Source: Candidatus Fokinia solitaria (lineage in GTDB: Bacteria; Pseudomonadota; Alphaproteobacteria; Rickettsiales; Midichloriaceae). From it: 60,498 nt of DNA. Under the pieces are notes generated by a model. That model searched no databases, was not told the DNA's origin, and saw only the letters and a program-made list of their open reading frames with translations. The stretch lies in NCBI GenBank assembly GCA_945875075.1, contig CAMCJK010000001.1:1-60498 (forward strand). The letters are read 5' to 3'. Positions 45,813 to 56,438 of this stretch are shown here, in pieces; within the stretch, counting starts at the first letter, position 1, and each line of letters starts with the position of its first letter. The translations under genes and the position numbers were made by a program.

Positions 45813-48800
45813 TTAACTTAAGTCTTTAACATCATTGTTATCTATTGTCTTTTTCTGTGAGAAGAAATAGCTAAAAATACTAGGTAAAACGAAGGAAATT
45901 GGATTTGTTTTTACAACAGGGGCTCCTGAGTCTTTCCAATTGATTGAAAAGTTTTGGCGCCCTTCTAATGAGTCTAATAGACTCGTGTTCTTATTCCCTA
46001 AAATTCTTTGCAATAACATCATTGGTAAATTTATAAAACTGCTAGGGACTATCATTCCTTCTACTCTACCAGAATTATGCATTATATTGATGTCTGCATC
46101 TGCACTTAGTAGCAATATATCGCTAAAAGCTTGACATTTTTTTAAAGATAAAAGTTCTTGTGTGAGTAATATGTCACAATGCATGTTTGAAAAATCTATA
46201 CCATTTGTTAGTATTTGTAATATATTTATTCCACTCAATGCAAATATCCTCAATATTGTTGTAAGTAAAGGTGATTGCAATACTTTGAAATTATTTAGAT
46301 ATAAATCACCTTTGATTGCTGAATTATTAAGATTGGCATAAACTGATAAATTCCCTTTACGCAAACTTTTTAAACTAAATAAATCATATGAAAAAGCACC
46401 TGTATTATGAACTATAAATGCAAATATTGGCTCATCAAAAAATATCCTAGCATAGCCATTCTTTCCATTTGTATATGCCGATCCATCAATTTTTTTTATC
46501 TCATTATTTTGTATATTAAAATTAATATTTAAATTACTTAGTATATCTTTAGAGCCCCAACGTATTATTTTAGATGCTATATCAAACTCACTAATTATTT
46601 CTTTTTTATTCTCTTGCTTAGTATTTTTTTGAATATTGTTTATGATTTGCTTTACATTCAAAGCATCAATAATTGATCCATTGATTTTATATATATGTTT
46701 GTTTTTTGATGAGTCAGGACTTGAATATTGAAAGTCAAAAATATTATTAAAAAATTTCTTAAAAGAAAGATCAGTATTTTTTAAGTTGTAATTTACTATA
46801 TCTAATACTATTTCACCACTTACAATCATATTTGGGATCTTAAGATCTATGTTTGTTATATTAAGCTCACCAGGGCCCATATTTTTCCCCAATGAAAAGT
46901 TTAAATCACCACTATTATCTTTCAATTTATTAATACCTAAAACTGGGATACTAATATCTGTATTTTGTAAGTTTAGTTTTACTATATTGTGCTTTGGGAA
47001 ATTGGAAAAATTACCAATAATATGACCTTGAAGATCTATTAAAGACCCTTGTTTGTTGAACATTTCTACAAAGAATTTTTGATCCAGCGGTAATATGAAA
47101 TCTACAGATTGCTTTCTAGTGTCAGATTTTTCAAGTATATTCGATATAAAGTGAATTTTTTCTATCTTGATTTTATTATATGCTATATCCCCTTTTGCAT
47201 TTAAATGCCCATTATCTAAGCTCAACTTCAAATCATTTGAGTTTATATTGTAAGTTTTTTTATTGTTTTTGATTACAAGGTTTCCTATCTTTGCATTTAT
47301 CTTAAATGATATATCTTTTAAATTAAACGTTTTCTTCCTGGAAATTTCAGATTTTACATCCAATAATATTTTCCCATCTATAACTTCACTTTCATATTTA
47401 TCTTTAAAAATTTCTTTATAGAAGCTTTCTAGGATTTTTGCAGTTGTATTGATATTGAAATTAAATGTAGTACTGACTGGAATATTATTTTTCACAAATG
47501 GTATAAAAAGGTTGGCATTGGTTGCATACAGAATATTGTTAATGGAAATTTTATCTGAAGTTAACTTCACACCATTTAAACCTATCTTAATATTACCTGT
47601 ATCTACTTTCAATTCATAATGATTCTCATGGATTTTTTGATGCAATACTGTATCGCTTATTTTTAGTTCCAAATCTAAAGCAGATATGCCCTTCCCCAAT
47701 AAAGTCTTAATTTTCAATTTGCCACTTTCAATAAATGTATTTTTTACTATACCAAATAATATATTCTTAGCATTCTGACTCTGATTAATTGGCCAATAAT
47801 TAAAAATATCTTTTCCATTAAATTTATTATTTGAATTTAAAATAAGATCTAAATGGTTATTAGATGAAATTGATAGATTACCTGAAAAATTTATAGGTTT
47901 GTTATTATCTAGTAAATAAAAAGAGAATTTTTTAACTCTTAAATTTTTTAGTTTACTATTATATCTACCTTCAGTTTTGAAATTCTTGACTGGAACTTTT
48001 TTATTATTAAGACTTGGCAATTGTACTGTTAAACTATTTATTGCTCCCTCAAAAAACACATCCTTATATGATATATTATATGATAGTAAAAAATCAGCAA
48101 AATCGTTGGAATTTATAACAGTAGGTGCTTCATTCCCATATGTCACGTATTGATCAACATATCCGTATAATTTCATTACTAAGTTTGTGTAATCACGTGA
48201 TTTTATGCCATGTATTATTTCAGCAACAGGATTATCTTTGATTGTTTGTCTTAAAACTATGCCTGAAATAGTGCTATCTCTATCATTTAAACTGTATTTG
48301 ATACGTATCTGCCCTATATACTCTTTGCTATTAACAGCACTATAAAAAATTATTTTTTTAATATGAGCATTATTTTTTATAAATTTTAATGCATCATATT
48401 TTTTGAAAATTCTTTTTAAATCTAAATCATCAAAATGTAATTCAACCTTAAAATTATTTAATTGATATTTATTCAGGAATACAAGTAAGTTACTCAAGAT
48501 TATTTCTTGATCACGTTTCTTAATATAGTAATAGTGATTTTTAGGTTGATGCTTTGATATAAAATCGTCAATTTTTTCAATTGATATACCTTTGAAGTTA
48601 AAATATACCACTGGATTGTCATAAGCATTTAAACCACTCTGGGTTATAGAATGTTTAAAATTTAGATAAAGGGATTTAAAATTCAGCGCCAATACAATCT
48701 CTGATACGATTTTTTCGGCCTTATCTTCATTTATTTTTTGGATACTGACATTATAAAAAGATACTTTAAATAAAGAAAAGTTTTTCGCCCATGAAGATCC

Positions 48801-48965
48801 TATATCTTGAACATTTATAATGGTACCACTTTGTTTATGTATAAATTTAGCATGCTTAATCAAGCAAACGCCATGACTGATAAAGACAGCAACAAAAATC
48901 AAAAGTGTAATGATGAAAATACTAAGAGTAAAAAAACTATTAACTCTTGAAAAAACCCTATGCAT
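45813..48965 (-). CDS. AsmA/YhdP-like large envelope protein
   Basis: 1050 aa. One N-terminal TM anchor (FFTLSIFIITLLIFVAVFI), then a long Asn/Lys/Ile-rich beta-type region. The C-terminal segment (GRVEGMIVPSSFINLP ... FSINWKDSGAPVVKTNPIS) resembles the AsmA_2/DUF3971 C-terminus. Confidence 0.55.
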   Translation of the reverse strand: MHRVFSRVNSFFTLSIFIITLLIFVAVFISHGVCLIKHAKFIHKQSGTIINVQDIGSSWAKNFSLFKVSFYNVSIQKINEDKAEKIVSEIVLALNFKSLYLNFKHSITQSGLNAYDNPVVYFNFKGISIEKIDDFISKHQPKNHYYYIKKRDQEIILSNLLVFLNKYQLNNFKVELHFDDLDLKRIFKKYDALKFIKNNAHIKKIIFYSAVNSKEYIGQIRIKYSLNDRDSTISGIVLRQTIKDNPVAEIIHGIKSRDYTNLVMKLYGYVDQYVTYGNEAPTVINSNDFADFLLSYNISYKDVFFEGAINSLTVQLPSLNNKKVPVKNFKTEGRYNSKLKNLRVKKFSFYLLDNNKPINFSGNLSISSNNHLDLILNSNNKFNGKDIFNYWPINQSQNAKNILFGIVKNTFIESGKLKIKTLLGKGISALDLELKISDTVLHQKIHENHYELKVDTGNIKIGLNGVKLTSDKISINNILYATNANLFIPFVKNNIPVSTTFNFNINTTAKILESFYKEIFKDKYESEVIDGKILLDVKSEISRKKTFNLKDISFKINAKIGNLVIKNNKKTYNINSNDLKLSLDNGHLNAKGDIAYNKIKIEKIHFISNILEKSDTRKQSVDFILPLDQKFFVEMFNKQGSLIDLQGHIIGNFSNFPKHNIVKLNLQNTDISIPVLGINKLKDNSGDLNFSLGKNMGPGELNITNIDLKIPNMIVSGEIVLDIVNYNLKNTDLSFKKFFNNIFDFQYSSPDSSKNKHIYKINGSIIDALNVKQIINNIQKNTKQENKKEIISEFDIASKIIRWGSKDILSNLNINFNIQNNEIKKIDGSAYTNGKNGYARIFFDEPIFAFIVHNTGAFSYDLFSLKSLRKGNLSVYANLNNSAIKGDLYLNNFKVLQSPLLTTILRIFALSGINILQILTNGIDFSNMHCDILLTQELLSLKKCQAFSDILLLSADADINIMHNSGRVEGMIVPSSFINLPMMLLQRILGNKNTSLLDSLEGRQNFSINWKDSGAPVVKTNPISFVLPSIFSYFFSQKKTIDNNDVKDLS

Positions 48966-49114
48966 CAGAAGATATAAGCAGTCAATATAAAGAAATCCTT
49001 ATTACATTATAGCATTAATACAAAAAATCAGTATAAAAACCTTTGACAAGCGATCAACTTATGTTATTAAAGATTCTATCTTGCTTAAAAAACAAATAAT
49101 ATAAAATCATTTAT

Positions 49115-49366
49115 ATGAGTTTAACAATCGAAAGTCGTGTAAAAAAAGTAATAGCAAAGAAACTAGAAATAGATCCAGAAAAAATAAAATTAGAAAACAG
49201 ATTTGTTGAAGATCTAGCAATGGATAGCCTTGCAAGAGTTGAAATTATGATGAACTTTGAAGAGGAATTCAAAGAATTCAATATAGAGATCCCTGACGAT
49301 GCTGCTGAGAAGATAAAAAATGTCTCAGATGCAATCTCCTATATAGAAAGTGTTGTCAATAAATAA
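49115..49366 (+). CDS. acpP: acyl carrier protein
   Basis: 83 aa. The phosphopantetheine attachment motif DLAMDSLARVEIMM (DSL) sits at the usual position. Confidence 0.85.
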   Translation: MSLTIESRVKKVIAKKLEIDPEKIKLENRFVEDLAMDSLARVEIMMNFEEEFKEFNIEIPDDAAEKIKNVSDAISYIESVVNK

Positions 49367-50279
49367 GCAACAAGATAAACAACACTCCCCTGTTATGCTG
49401 GAGGAAGTGTTGAAAGTCTTATCTCCTCAAAATAATTCAAACTATATAGATGCAACTTTTGGAGCTGGTGGCCATACCAGAGCGATTCTTGAGTCACCTT
49501 CTAACTGTAGAGTAATAGGTATTGATAGAGACCCAACTGTAAAGATCTTTGCAGAGAACCTTCAGAATGAGTTCCCAAATCGATTGCAATTTATCAATGC
49601 AAAATTTAGTAGCATCAAGGAAGTCGCAGGTTCTCAGCAAATATCTGGAGTACTATTTGATATAGGTGTATCATCTATGCAAATAAACAATCCAGAAAGA
49701 GGGTTCTCATTCATGAAAGATGGACCTCTCACAATGACAATGGGAGATAATGAAATATCTGCCTATGACGTCATTAATCACTACTCTGAAGATGAGATAG
49801 CTAGTATTCTTTGGGAGTGTGGGGAAGAGAAACAATCAAATAAAATCGCACAAGCAATTTGCAAATATAGGAAAATATCTCCTATAAAAACAACATTAGA
49901 ATTAGCTGAGATAGTCAAATTAGTAGTACATAAACGTGGTAAAATACACCCTGCAACACTAACATTTCAGGCTATCAGAGTATTTGTTAATAATGAGCTA
50001 AAAGAGTTAGCAAAAGGCTTAAAAGATGCAATTGAATTTATAGAAGTTGGTGGGAAGATAGTCATTATAACATTTCAAGGCCTGGAGGACAAAATAGTCA
50101 AAGACATTTTCAAACAATATACATATAAGAGTCATACTAATAAATTCAAAGAACAAGCAATACATGATAAGTTATTTCAAAATGTTACTAAAAATGTATT
50201 AAAACCTTCCAAGTATGAAATAAAAAGAAATCTCAGAGCGAGATCTGCTAAAATCAGAGCAGTCATCAGAACTAAGTAA
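49350..50279 (+). CDS. rsmH: 16S rRNA (cytosine1402-N4)-methyltransferase
   Basis: HSPVMLEEVL start, SAM motif DATFGAGGHT, and GVLFDIGVSSMQ. GTG start overlapping the acpP end. Confidence 0.9.
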   Translation: MLSINKQQDKQHSPVMLEEVLKVLSPQNNSNYIDATFGAGGHTRAILESPSNCRVIGIDRDPTVKIFAENLQNEFPNRLQFINAKFSSIKEVAGSQQISGVLFDIGVSSMQINNPERGFSFMKDGPLTMTMGDNEISAYDVINHYSEDEIASILWECGEEKQSNKIAQAICKYRKISPIKTTLELAEIVKLVVHKRGKIHPATLTFQAIRVFVNNELKELAKGLKDAIEFIEVGGKIVIITFQGLEDKIVKDIFKQYTYKSHTNKFKEQAIHDKLFQNVTKNVLKPSKYEIKRNLRARSAKIRAVIRTK

Positions 50280-50344
50280 TTTATTGCACTTTCTAAGTAT
50301 TAATAGTATTACTATTGGTAAATCAATCAAAATAATAAAAACAA

Positions 50345-50770
50345 ATGGAAAGGCAAAAAACATTATCAATTATAAAACCCGATGCAGTTAAATCAAATGT
50401 TATAGGGGCAATCATTAGTAAAATAGAAGGTGTAGAACTGAAAGTAGTTGCAATGAAAATGTTATATCTCACACAAGAGCAAGCTCAAAATTTCTATATA
50501 ATTCATAAAGATAGGCCGTTTTTTAAAGATTTAGTCAATTTTATGATATCTGGACCAGTTGTTGTACAGGTTTTAGAAGGCGAAGATGCAGTCAAAAAAA
50601 ATCGCGATATAATGGGAGCTACAAACCCAGCTGATGCTCTTCCTGGAACAATTAGAAATGAGTTTGCAAAAAGTATAGATGAAAATTGTGTACATGGCTC
50701 TGATTCACTAGAAAATGCAGAAATTGAGATAGCATTTTTCTTCAGCGATACAGAAATTTTTAGTCGTTAA
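50345..50770 (+). CDS. ndk: nucleoside-diphosphate kinase
   Basis: [10 protein letters not shown] start and the active-site NCVHGSDS. 141 aa. Confidence 0.95.
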   Translation: MERQKTLSIIKPDAVKSNVIGAIISKIEGVELKVVAMKMLYLTQEQAQNFYIIHKDRPFFKDLVNFMISGPVVVQVLEGEDAVKKNRDIMGATNPADALPGTIRNEFAKSIDENCVHGSDSLENAEIEIAFFFSDTEIFSR

Positions 50771-52220
50771 TAATTTTAAAGAGTGGTTTCCCACTCATCT
50801 CATCTGGTATTTCTATATTCATCATATTGAGAATCGTCGGAGCCACATCTCTCAGCCCATATTCCAAAGCATTGTCATAAGATTTTTTAGCTACATCACT
50901 GATACAGATTAATGGGACCTTATTGAGGGTGTGTGCCGTATGTGGCTGCTTTGTTTCATCATCAAACATCTTTTCAATGTTTCCATGGTCAGCAGTAATT
51001 AGTAGAATGTAATCATTATCTAGCGCTGCTCTGTTGATTGTATTTAAACATTCATCTAAGACGGCACACGCCTTCTCAGCTGCACTTATATTACCTGTAT
51101 GCCCTACCATGTCAGCATTTGCAAAATTAACGCATATAAAGTCATATTTTTTTGTTTGTACTTCATGAATTAATCTTTCTGTGATTTCATATGCTGACAT
51201 TTCAGGTTGCAAATCATATGTTGATACTTTAGGTGATGGTATAAGAATTCTATCTTCATTTGCATAAGGTTTTTCATTACCGCAGTTAAAGAAAAATGTT
51301 ACATGTGCATATTTTTCAGTTTCAGATATTCTGAGTTGTTTCTTACCATTCCTAGATAGAACTTCTCCTAATGTATTGGATATTATTTTATTTTGAAATA
51401 TTGGATGAATTGCAGTGATTTGACCATCAAAATAGTCAACCATTGAAAAAATCTTTACATGATTTAATTTCTCAAAAATCATTCTACTGATTTGTTTCAT
51501 CCTATCAGATCTGAAGTTACAAAAAACCACTACATCATTTTCTTGTATACCTGTGTATTGTACATTACATCCTGGATAGAAGAATTCATCAGTAATATTA
51601 TTATTATAATTATGTGAAATAAAATCTATTATAGAACCAAATAAGTTATCTGATTGCCCACTTGCTATAGCATCATATGCTGCTTGCGTTCTGTCTACTC
51701 GATTGTCCCGATCCATTGCATAATACCTACCACAAATGGTTGCAATCTCACATTTGTCATCAATTAACGGCATGAGTTTCTTTATGTATTTCTCAACTGA
51801 TTTTGGCGGTGTATCTCTCCCATCAGTAATTATATGTAAATATATTTTTTTTGCATTAGAAGCTTTTAGAGCCCTTATGAGATATAAGATATGGTCTATG
51901 TGTGAGTGTACACCTCCATCAGATAGTAATCCTATTAGATGATATGTTTCTGAAGGATTTTGTATGATGTCTGGAAAGGTGTCAGTCGATATGCTATCAT
52001 TAATTTTTACTAAATATTGTTTGATTATTCTTCCACTACCAATTGTCATATGTCCCACTTCTGAGTTACCCATTTGCCCTTTATTTAAGCCTACATACTC
52101 AGCAGAGGCATTCAATAACACACAATTATCTAAGTGATTTTGTATAAATGGAATGCATAAATTATTAGTAGTATCTTGAGATATACCTAATCCATCAAGA
52201 ATACAAAGTAAGGTTTTCAT
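50760..52220 (-). CDS. gpmI: 2,3-bisphosphoglycerate-independent phosphoglycerate mutase
   Basis: ILDGLG, GNSEVGH, and ADHGN near the C-terminus. 486 aa. Confidence 0.9.
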   Translation of the reverse strand: MKTLLCILDGLGISQDTTNNLCIPFIQNHLDNCVLLNASAEYVGLNKGQMGNSEVGHMTIGSGRIIKQYLVKINDSISTDTFPDIIQNPSETYHLIGLLSDGGVHSHIDHILYLIRALKASNAKKIYLHIITDGRDTPPKSVEKYIKKLMPLIDDKCEIATICGRYYAMDRDNRVDRTQAAYDAIASGQSDNLFGSIIDFISHNYNNNITDEFFYPGCNVQYTGIQENDVVVFCNFRSDRMKQISRMIFEKLNHVKIFSMVDYFDGQITAIHPIFQNKIISNTLGEVLSRNGKKQLRISETEKYAHVTFFFNCGNEKPYANEDRILIPSPKVSTYDLQPEMSAYEITERLIHEVQTKKYDFICVNFANADMVGHTGNISAAEKACAVLDECLNTINRAALDNDYILLITADHGNIEKMFDDETKQPHTAHTLNKVPLICISDVAKKSYDNALEYGLRDVAPTILNMMNIEIPDEMSGKPLFKIIND

Positions 52221-52293
52221 TGATTTTCACTAAATATTGTTTACTACCAATTCATATATCCAACTAATTTGCTCTTTATCTAGCGCCTATATC

Positions 52294-52965
52294 TCACTTG
52301 TTTTTTGGACAAACAACAACTATCGTGCCAGCAATTTTATCATGTAGAGATTGTCGCTTCTTTGTAAAATCTATCATAAACAAACCTATCAAGAGTGGTA
52401 TAATTGATAATGGAATACTAAAAAATCTGATAAGACCTTGTTTTATTGTAATGTTTTCCCCAGTTATTGCATCCATGACTTTACATTTAAATATCATTTT
52501 TCCAGGCGTTGCACCTTTTGTACACCAGAAATATACTACATATAGTCCAGTCAAAAATATCACAACTAATTGCATTAAAAGAATATAGCCAATTAGCCCA
52601 CTTTTATAAAGCATTTTAAAAAATGTTGCTATAGTTATATCTTGTAGCATCAACTCTGGTTGCATTTGTAGCTTTATCATTGCACCATCAATCCCGAGTA
52701 TAGAAATTATGTAGCTTACTGGTGTTATCAAAACTGAAATTAATAGCATATCTACTGTTGATGCTAAAAGCCTTCTGTTAAATGTTGCAAAAAAAAACTT
52801 TTGGTTGTTAATTTCTATCTCTGACTCTGATTTATCTACTGTTTTCTTTTTATGCATCATTTTATCTGTGATTTCCAGAGATTTTTTTATAAAGGATTTT
52901 GACTCAAAATTATTTGTTGTCATATCTAAAATTATTATATCATTTAATTTAATCTCATCATACAA
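52294..52965 (-). CDS. RDD-family membrane protein
   Basis: ATFNRRLLASTVDMLLI (the R..D of the RDD domain) and C-terminal SLHDKIAGTIVV. Three hydrophobic helices. Confidence 0.7.
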   Translation of the reverse strand: MYDEIKLNDIIILDMTTNNFESKSFIKKSLEITDKMMHKKKTVDKSESEIEINNQKFFFATFNRRLLASTVDMLLISVLITPVSYIISILGIDGAMIKLQMQPELMLQDITIATFFKMLYKSGLIGYILLMQLVVIFLTGLYVVYFWCTKGATPGKMIFKCKVMDAITGENITIKQGLIRFFSIPLSIIPLLIGLFMIDFTKKRQSLHDKIAGTIVVVCPKNK

Positions 52966-52971
52966 CAGCTT

Positions 52972-54651
52972 TTATGTCAATATTCCGCTGCTACAAATTG
53001 GATATCTCCTATCTGTATTCAACATAATATGATTGATTTTTGGACCAGGAGGAGATTGATAACGTTTAAATTCATTTTTGAAAAGCATTTTCTTAACTTT
53101 TCCAACTTCAGCAGTTGAAGTGTTATTAGACATAGCAATGTCTTCACATGAGTTCTTGAGCTCAATTAAACTATATAAAATTGGATCTAAAATTTTATAA
53201 TTTAGCAAAGAATCTGAGTCTTTCTGATTTGGTTTTAGCTCAGCAGATGGCTCTTTGTCTATAATTGATATTGGTATGATATTTTTTTTAGGAATGATAT
53301 TTTGACCTACAAAATTTTCTGGAATGTTATTGTTACGCCATTTAGTCAATGAATATACCTGTGTTTTATAAAGATCTATAATTGGAGCAAATGCACCTGT
53401 CATATCTCCATAAAGAGTTGTATAACCAACTGCACTCTCAGACTTATTACTTGTGCAAAGGAGTAATCTATTTTGTTTATTTGCTATCGCCATTAATATG
53501 GTTGCACGAATCCTTGGTTGTAGATTTTCATTTGTTATTTCATCATCTGTCAACTTCCCTATAGCCTCGATTAAAGAATTATCTAGAGATTTTTTTATAT
53601 CAATAATCGGGATTGTTATGATCTCGCAACCAATTTGCTGTGCAAGCTCAATTGCATCATTTAAACTATTTTCTGATGAGTATTTGGAAGGCATTGCGAT
53701 TGTCAGAATGTTATTTGATCCGAATGCATCTGCAGCGATGAGAGCAACTAAAGCAGAATCTATGCCACCGGATAATCCTAAGACAAACTTATTGCAGTTT
53801 GAGTATTTAGCATATTCTTTTAATCCAAGTACTATTCCATAGTATATGTCTTTAGCAGCATCATCATTTAAATTTAATACATCACTCTTTTCTATATAAT
53901 ATTCTTTAGACTTATGTTGGATATTTAAATCAAATATTATTATGTCTTCTTGCCATTTCCTAGGCTCTATCAATACATCACCATTAGCATCGATCAACAT
54001 CGACCCTCCTTCAAATATTAAGTGATCATCAGCACAAACACTATTTAAATATGCAAGATACCCTTGCTTGTATTTTTGGACGAAATTTTTAGCTATTTCT
54101 AGTCTTTTGTGTAATTTATTTATTGAAAATGGTGAGCTATTAATAGCAATTGTTATGCTGCAGACTTCTGATTGTGAAGCTAAATCCATATCATCATGCC
54201 AAAGATCTTCACATATTAAAACCCTTATTTTATGCTTATTTACTTCCCAAACAGCAGATAACTCATCTCCTGATGTAAAATATCTTTGTTCATCAAACAC
54301 TCCATAATTTGGTAAAAATCTCTTATTATATTGCTTTTTAATCTCTCCATTTTGAATCAATAAAGCGCTATTAAAAAGTTTATTATCTTTTGTGATAGGG
54401 GCCCCAATCAGGAGTGCTTTATTATTTGTAACTTTTGTGATTTCAGCAACTGCTGCTGTGATTTTAGCAATAAATTGTTTATCAAAAAAAAGATCTTTGC
54501 AGCTATATCCAGATAAAGAAAGCTCTGGAAATACAATCAAATCTGCATCAGTTTCATTATATATTCTGATGATTTTTTCTGCATTTGCAACGATGTTACC
54601 AACTTCAGATGATACTTGACATAAAGCAATTTTTAAATTTGACTTTGACAT
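52972..54651 (-). CDS. nadE: glutamine-dependent NAD+ synthetase
   Basis: N-terminal CN-hydrolase domain (IALCQV..., VFPELSLSGY, VLICEDLW) plus a C-terminal PP-loop LGLSGGIDSA. 559 aa. Confidence 0.92.
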   Translation of the reverse strand: MSKSNLKIALCQVSSEVGNIVANAEKIIRIYNETDADLIVFPELSLSGYSCKDLFFDKQFIAKITAAVAEITKVTNNKALLIGAPITKDNKLFNSALLIQNGEIKKQYNKRFLPNYGVFDEQRYFTSGDELSAVWEVNKHKIRVLICEDLWHDDMDLASQSEVCSITIAINSSPFSINKLHKRLEIAKNFVQKYKQGYLAYLNSVCADDHLIFEGGSMLIDANGDVLIEPRKWQEDIIIFDLNIQHKSKEYYIEKSDVLNLNDDAAKDIYYGIVLGLKEYAKYSNCNKFVLGLSGGIDSALVALIAADAFGSNNILTIAMPSKYSSENSLNDAIELAQQIGCEIITIPIIDIKKSLDNSLIEAIGKLTDDEITNENLQPRIRATILMAIANKQNRLLLCTSNKSESAVGYTTLYGDMTGAFAPIIDLYKTQVYSLTKWRNNNIPENFVGQNIIPKKNIIPISIIDKEPSAELKPNQKDSDSLLNYKILDPILYSLIELKNSCEDIAMSNNTSTAEVGKVKKMLFKNEFKRYQSPPGPKINHIMLNTDRRYPICSSGILT

Positions 54652-54658
54652 ATATTTC

Positions 54659-55336
54659 TTATTTCAAAGTACCATTTTCTAAAACCAGCATTTTAGAACA
54701 AAGATTTGCCATTTCAAGGCTATGTGTAGCAATAATCATCCCAGCATTACTATGCTTCAAAACTTCATTCAGCAGTTCAAATGCAACCATTGCATTAGCA
54801 TTATCAAGATTCCCAGTTGGCTCATCTGCAATTATGATCTGAGGTTTATTTATAATACTACGTATTATTGCAATCCTTTGCCTCTCACCACCAGATAAAT
54901 TCTGTATATAAGAGTGTTTTTTGTTTTCCAAATGAAATCTATTGAGATATTCAATTGCTTTATCCTCTGCAATATTGCTATCAACATTACAGATAAGCTG
55001 TGGGATAGTAAGATTCTCCAGTACATTGAATTCAGATAAAAGATGATGGAACTGGTATATAAAACCAATACTATTGCGTCTGATAAGTGTTTTCTTGTCA
55101 TCTGAAATTGCAGAGCATTGAGAGCCGTTTATTATCACACTACCCTCAGTCGGCTCATCTAAGAGACCACAGATTTGTAGGAGTGTACTTTTCCCTGAGC
55201 CTGATTTGCCAACGATCGCAACGCTTTCACCGAACTTGACATCAAGATCTACTCCACTCAGAATGAAATTGATATCACTGCTGCTGAAGCTCTTTTTAAT
55301 GTTCCTGATCTGCAGTGCGAAAGCTACTTCGCTCAC
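54659..55336 (-). CDS. lolD: ABC transporter ATP-binding protein, LolD-like
   Basis: Walker A GKSGSGKST, signature LSGGERQR, and Walker B IIIADEPTGNLD. 225 aa. The LolD assignment rests on size and motif context only. Confidence 0.7.
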   Translation of the reverse strand: MSEVAFALQIRNIKKSFSSSDINFILSGVDLDVKFGESVAIVGKSGSGKSTLLQICGLLDEPTEGSVIINGSQCSAISDDKKTLIRRNSIGFIYQFHHLLSEFNVLENLTIPQLICNVDSNIAEDKAIEYLNRFHLENKKHSYIQNLSGGERQRIAIIRSIINKPQIIIADEPTGNLDNANAMVAFELLNEVLKHSNAGMIIATHSLEMANLCSKMLVLENGTLK

Positions 55337-55339
55337 ACA

Positions 55340-55507
55340 TTAAGCTTTTTTCTCTTCAAACAAAACATGTTTTCTGACTACAGGATCATACATCATAAAT
55401 GATAGTTTTTTCTGAAGTTTTTTAGGATTTTTTATCCGGATTTTGAAGTAGCCTGTCTTGGCAGAACTAACGAGTTTAACTAAAATAAGACCTTTTTTCA
55501 GTGCCAT
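55340..55507 (-). CDS. rpmG: 50S ribosomal protein L33
   Basis: A 55-aa ORF absent from the ORF track: MALKKGLILVKLVSSAKTGYFKIRIKNPKKLQKKLSFMMYDPVVRKHVLFEEKKA. It shows the L33 pattern (L.S.A.TG.FY......N......L....YDP..RKHV.F.E.K). Confidence 0.85.
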   Translation of the reverse strand: MALKKGLILVKLVSSAKTGYFKIRIKNPKKLQKKLSFMMYDPVVRKHVLFEEKKA

Positions 55508-55566
55508 CTTTACTAATTTTTAAAATGATGTTGATGACACCATTATATCTTAAGTAATAAAATTGT

Positions 55567-56151
55567 CTAGCTCTTCATTTGTTTGGTAATTGTTGCTATT
55601 CTTTTCCCAAAAATTCTTGCAGTTAGAAGGTCATTTTTAGATATTTCAATGCCTCGTCTCGCATCTGATTGCGACATCAAACCAATCCATGAACCCAATT
55701 TATTTACTTCTAATGATTGAGCTCCTAAATCAGACCATTCATTTGGAACCTCGTAATTTTCATTTGGTATTAAATCCATTCCAGCCCATATCATACCATT
55801 CTGCATTGCAAATACCATCATTTGCATTAGAGTCATTAATTTATCTCCACTTGGGGACCCTGAGTGAGTAAATGCAGCTGCTATTTTATCTTTCCAACGC
55901 TTTTGCATAAATATTTCACTAGTACTATCAAAAAACACCTTCATTTCCGACGATACAGATCCAAAGTATGTTGGAGATCCAAAGACTATAGCATCAGCAT
56001 CATTTATCTCAGCAATCCTGCTTTGTGCTTCAGAACATTGTATTAAAGCAATTTTGACGCCATCAACTAATTCCATACCGATAGCTATTTCAGAAGCTAT
56101 TTTCTCAACACTGTGGAATCTTGTGTGATATATAATTGCAATTTTTTTCAT
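55567..56151 (-). CDS. flavodoxin-like NAD(P)H-dependent oxidoreductase (WrbA-like)
   Basis: MKKIAIIYHT start and GSPTYFGSVSSEMKVFFDST FMN-binding region. 194 aa. Confidence 0.6.
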   Translation of the reverse strand: MKKIAIIYHTRFHSVEKIASEIAIGMELVDGVKIALIQCSEAQSRIAEINDADAIVFGSPTYFGSVSSEMKVFFDSTSEIFMQKRWKDKIAAAFTHSGSPSGDKLMTLMQMMVFAMQNGMIWAGMDLIPNENYEVPNEWSDLGAQSLEVNKLGSWIGLMSQSDARRGIEISKNDLLTARIFGKRIATITKQMKS

Positions 56152-56438
56152 AAAACAATTTTTTTATATCGTAACATTTTTTTTATTTTATGTCTTGAGG
56201 AAATTTAATTGACCGTTTTATAAGTATGAATAGCAATGCATTTGACCTAGATAAAGCGCTTCAAACAACCACCAGTATACCCTTTAAAGTCTATTGCAGT
56301 CAGGTATATAAATTTTTCTTTATATCTTAACATAATGTAATTGATGATTAATTAACCATTTTTCAAACATAGATAGTAATAAAACTTTAATATTCTCGTG
56401 ATAGAAATTAAAAAAGAATAAATTTTATAGGTAATAAA

